Assembly: GCA_035532475.1 (NCBI GenBank)
Contig: DATKQY010000015.1
Span: forward strand, 6,229-30,228
Source: Acidimicrobiales bacterium
Lineage (GTDB): Bacteria > Actinomycetota > Acidimicrobiia > Acidimicrobiales > Bog-793
Reading direction: 5' to 3'
Length of the DNA: 24,000 nucleotides
Part shown: positions 21,961-24,000 of the stretch, one piece after another
Layout of the letters: each line of letters starts with the position of its first letter
Position numbering within the stretch: position 1 is the stretch's first letter
Translations under genes and position numbers: made by a program
The notes under the pieces: model-generated
Seen by the model: the letters and a program-made list of their open reading frames with translations, nothing else
What the model was told of the DNA's origin: nothing
The model's database searches: none

Positions 21961-22333
21961 GGAGCGGAGGCGCGACGCCTCGCCGGGCGCAGCCCGGCTC
22001 GGGCCGGGTGACGTGGGCACGCGGCTCGATCGCCTGGGGTGACGGCGGTCAGTCGTTGCCCGAGCGGCTCGTCTCTCCGACGAGCCGAGCTGCTACAGCA
22101 GCTTCGCCCGCTCCCTGGTCGTCTTCGGGCAGTCGTCAACGGTGCTCGAGCTGGCTTGGTGACCTCATCCGATGCCGAGTGGGCGTCACCCGTAGGACGC
22201 GACGCCGGGGCGACCGAAGCGGCGCGGGTCGCGGTCACCGAGGCGGCGGCAACCCCGGGGGCCCCCTGGGCGCTGCACGTCGCGCGGCCGGCAGCCCAGC
22301 GACAATGCCGCGATCAGCGATAGACCGGGTGAC

Positions 22334-22720
22334 GTGGAGGTGCTGAGCAGCAGGATCCTTCTCCGGCCGTCCGACCCGGCACGTAGCCGCACGTTCTACC
22401 GCGACGTGCTCGGTCTCGCCGTCTACCGGGAGTTCGGCGATCCGGACGACCCCGGCCTCGTCTTCTTCCTCGGGCAGGGATTCCTCGAGGTGTCGGGCCG
22501 CTCGTCGGTCGCCTCGGCGAGGGGTCTGGCCATCTGGCTCCAGGTCCGGGACGTGCACACCGAGCACGCGCGCCTCGCGGCCGCCGGGGCAACCGTGCTG
22601 CGCTCGCCGGTGCGCGAGCCGTGGGGGCTCGTCGAGGCGTGGATCGAGGACCCGGACGGCGTCCAGGTCGTCCTCGTCGAGGTGCCCGAGGACCACCCGT
22701 TGCGGCGCGACCCGAGATGA
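22334..22720 (+). CDS. VOC / glyoxalase-bleomycin-resistance-family protein
   Basis: 128 aa. The N-terminal beta-alpha-beta-beta-beta signature is ILLRPSDPARSRTFYRDVLGLAV...FFLGQGFLEV. The C-terminal half reads VRDVHTEHARLAAAGATVLRSPVREPWGLVEAWIEDPDGVQVVLVEVP. The GTG start has no obvious RBS, so the start is uncertain. The stop overlaps the next gene's ATG. Confidence 0.75.
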   Translation: MEVLSSRILLRPSDPARSRTFYRDVLGLAVYREFGDPDDPGLVFFLGQGFLEVSGRSSVASARGLAIWLQVRDVHTEHARLAAAGATVLRSPVREPWGLVEAWIEDPDGVQVVLVEVPEDHPLRRDPR

Positions 22721-23337
22721 GCTCGCAGCTCGCGATGTTCCCGCTGTCCACCGTGCTCTTCCCTCATGCCGTGCTCACGCTCCACGTCTTTGAGACCCGG
22801 TACCGGGCGATGGTCAAGGAGTGCCTGGAGGACGACGCCACGTTCGGCGTCGTCCTCATCTCGCGCGGGTCCGAGGTGGGCGGCGGCGAGACGCGGTCGG
22901 CGACCGGCACGGCCGTCCGGATCGAACGGGCCCGGACGCTCCCGGACGGGCGCTCGATCTTGCTGGTCAGGGGCAGGACGCGCTTCCAGGTGCTCGAGTG
23001 GCTGGCCGACGATCCCTATCCCCGGGGCAACGTGGCTTGGCTGGAGGAGTCGCCGCCCCGGGTCGATCCCTCCGAGGCGCTCGCTGCCGCGGAGGCGGCC
23101 GTCCAACGAGCCCGAGCCCTGCTCTCCGAGCTGGAGGAGCTGCCTCCGTCGACGCCCGGGCCACGCGGGGCCGGCGTCGAGGCGAGATCGTGGTGGCTGT
23201 GCGACCAGGCGCCGTTGTCTGCATACGATCGCCAGCGCCTGCTCGAGTGCGACGACCCGGTGGAGCGCCTCCGGCTCGTGGCGGGGCTCGCTGGCTCCGT
23301 CGCCGACGATCTGGCGCATCTGCTGCGGGGCGGGTGA
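22717..23337 (+). CDS. Lon N-terminal (LON substrate-binding) domain-only protein
   Basis: The internal ATG at 22717 of the 22621 ORF (ATGA overlap with the VOC stop) gives 206 aa. LAMFPLSTVLFPHAVLTLHVFETRYRAMVKECLEDDATFGVVLI...GTAVRIERARTLPDGRSILLVRGRTRFQV matches the Lon N-domain pattern. There is no AAA+ or protease domain. Confidence 0.8.
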   Translation: MSSQLAMFPLSTVLFPHAVLTLHVFETRYRAMVKECLEDDATFGVVLISRGSEVGGGETRSATGTAVRIERARTLPDGRSILLVRGRTRFQVLEWLADDPYPRGNVAWLEESPPRVDPSEALAAAEAAVQRARALLSELEELPPSTPGPRGAGVEARSWWLCDQAPLSAYDRQRLLECDDPVERLRLVAGLAGSVADDLAHLLRGG

Positions 23338-23418
23338 CGTGAGCGCCGCGCCGCGGGTGCCGTCGGAGGGCGTCGCACGCGCGGTGGCGCTGGTCGGTAT
23401 TCCAATCTTGATGGTACG

Positions 23419-23442
23419 CTTTATCTATGCAGATAGATAAAG
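23419..23442. promoter_or_regulatory. Perfect 10-bp inverted repeat CTTTATCTAT-GCAG-ATAGATAAAG overlapping the gntR start codon; candidate operator
   Basis: Read directly from the sequence. It lies in the only markedly A/T-rich patch of the window (about 23398-23450). TACGCT (23415-23420, TANNNT) sits 6 nt upstream of ATG 23427, which is leaderless geometry. GntR-family repressors typically bind such palindromes at their own promoters. Confidence 0.4.
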
Positions 23443-23918
23443 AGAGTCAATCGGGTGAGGCATCGCCCTCCTCGATCGTCTTCCGACTTGAGCCGCGCTC
23501 CGGCGTACCGACGTACCTCCAGCTCGTGCACCAGGTCGAGCACGCGCTTCGCCTCGGCTACCTGCGCGAGGGCGACCAGCTTCCCCGCGTGAAGGACGTC
23601 GTCGCGTCGCTCTCGATCAACCCGAACACGGTGCTCAAGGCCTACCGGGATCTCGAACAGAAGGGTCTCATCGGTGGTCGTCCGGGACAGGGGACCTTCG
23701 TCATGGTCTCGCCCGAGACCGTCGGTCTGCCAGAACTGACCGCGCTCCGTCGGTCCCTCGTTACCGGATGGCTCCGCGACGCCTCGACGGCCGGACTCGA
23801 TGAGGATGGGATCACCGCGCTGTTCATGGCAGCGTTGCGGGATTTTCGTGACCGCTCCTCGGAGAGCAGCCTTGCCGGTCGCGACCGCCAACGAGGCGAC
23901 GACGGAGTCGTCGCGTGA
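23427..23918 (+). CDS. GntR-family transcriptional regulator, short YtrA-like type
   Basis: 163 aa. The winged-helix GntR signature is present (PTYLQLVHQVEHALRLGYLREGDQLPRVKDVVASLSINPNTVLKAYRDLEQKGLIGGRPGQGTFV). The C-terminal region is short and helical. The stop overlaps the start of a putative ABC ATPase, the usual YtrA-operon layout. Confidence 0.85.
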   Translation: MQIDKESQSGEASPSSIVFRLEPRSGVPTYLQLVHQVEHALRLGYLREGDQLPRVKDVVASLSINPNTVLKAYRDLEQKGLIGGRPGQGTFVMVSPETVGLPELTALRRSLVTGWLRDASTAGLDEDGITALFMAALRDFRDRSSESSLAGRDRQRGDDGVVA

Positions 23919-24000
23919 ACGTGCTCGAGGCGGGTCGTCTCGGGAAGCGGTACCGGCGCACGTGGGCACTTCGGGAGTGCACCCTCGCCGTGCCGGAGGG
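23915..24000 (+). CDS. Probable ABC transporter ATP-binding protein, N-terminal 28 codons only (runs off the window)
   Basis: The GTG overlaps the gntR stop (GTGA). VNVLEAGRLGKRYRRTWALRECTLAVPEG fits the typical ABC ATPase N-terminus (L..L.K.Y....AL....L.V..G), ending just before the Walker A motif would appear. The fragment is too short for certainty. Confidence 0.55.
   Translation, partial: MNVLEAGRLGKRYRRTWALRECTLAVPE

Noticed and set aside
21654-22346. ORFs 21654..22238 (minus, 194 aa), 22008..22346 and 22039..22323 (plus), considered as genes filling the tRNA-VOC gap.
   Set aside because: The translations have no recognisable motifs. Third-position G/C bias is patchy and switches frame. 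The plus and minus candidates share the same wobble phase, which is shadow behaviour. They are kept only as a possible decayed-gene hypothesis in the findings.
23338-23400. An imperfect GC-rich dyad (GCGCCGCG...CGCGGTGGCGC) after the Lon-N-domain gene, considered as a terminator.
   Set aside because: The stem is interrupted and the downstream T content is modest. It is plausible but not supportable from sequence alone.

Overview
Very GC-rich window with the gene content and synteny of an Actinomycetota core chromosome. It is almost entirely housekeeping. I do not see a defence island, mobile element, CRISPR array or biosynthetic cluster. Three blocks make up most of it. (1) The heat-shock operon dnaK(3' end)-grpE-dnaJ-hspR, followed directly by clpB. 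(2) A purine block, purA-purD-purB-purC-purS-purQ, chained by 4-nt start/stop overlaps, then purL; a small uncharacterised gene on the opposite strand separates purQ from purL. (3) The conserved actinobacterial cell-division/Ser-Thr signalling locus: crgA, trpG/pabA, pknB, pbpA, pstP, fhaB, fhaA and tRNA-Leu(CAG). This copy lacks the rodA and pknA genes that normally sit in that cluster. The right end (21.6-24 kb) is the only loosely packed part. It holds a ~710-nt hairpin-dense stretch with no convincing ORF downstream of the tRNA, which includes a ~105-bp tandem duplication carrying long perfect palindromes with a compensatory arm change. After it come a translationally coupled VOC/glyoxalase-like plus Lon-N-domain gene pair, and a YtrA-type GntR regulator with a palindrome over its start codon, followed by the start of an ABC ATPase. 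The most unexplained items are the tRNA-adjacent structured repeat region and the orphan antisense gene inside the pur cluster; neither can be assigned a function from sequence alone. The many long R/A/P/G-rich ORFs, antisense or out of frame to the called genes, are treated as high-GC shadow ORFs.
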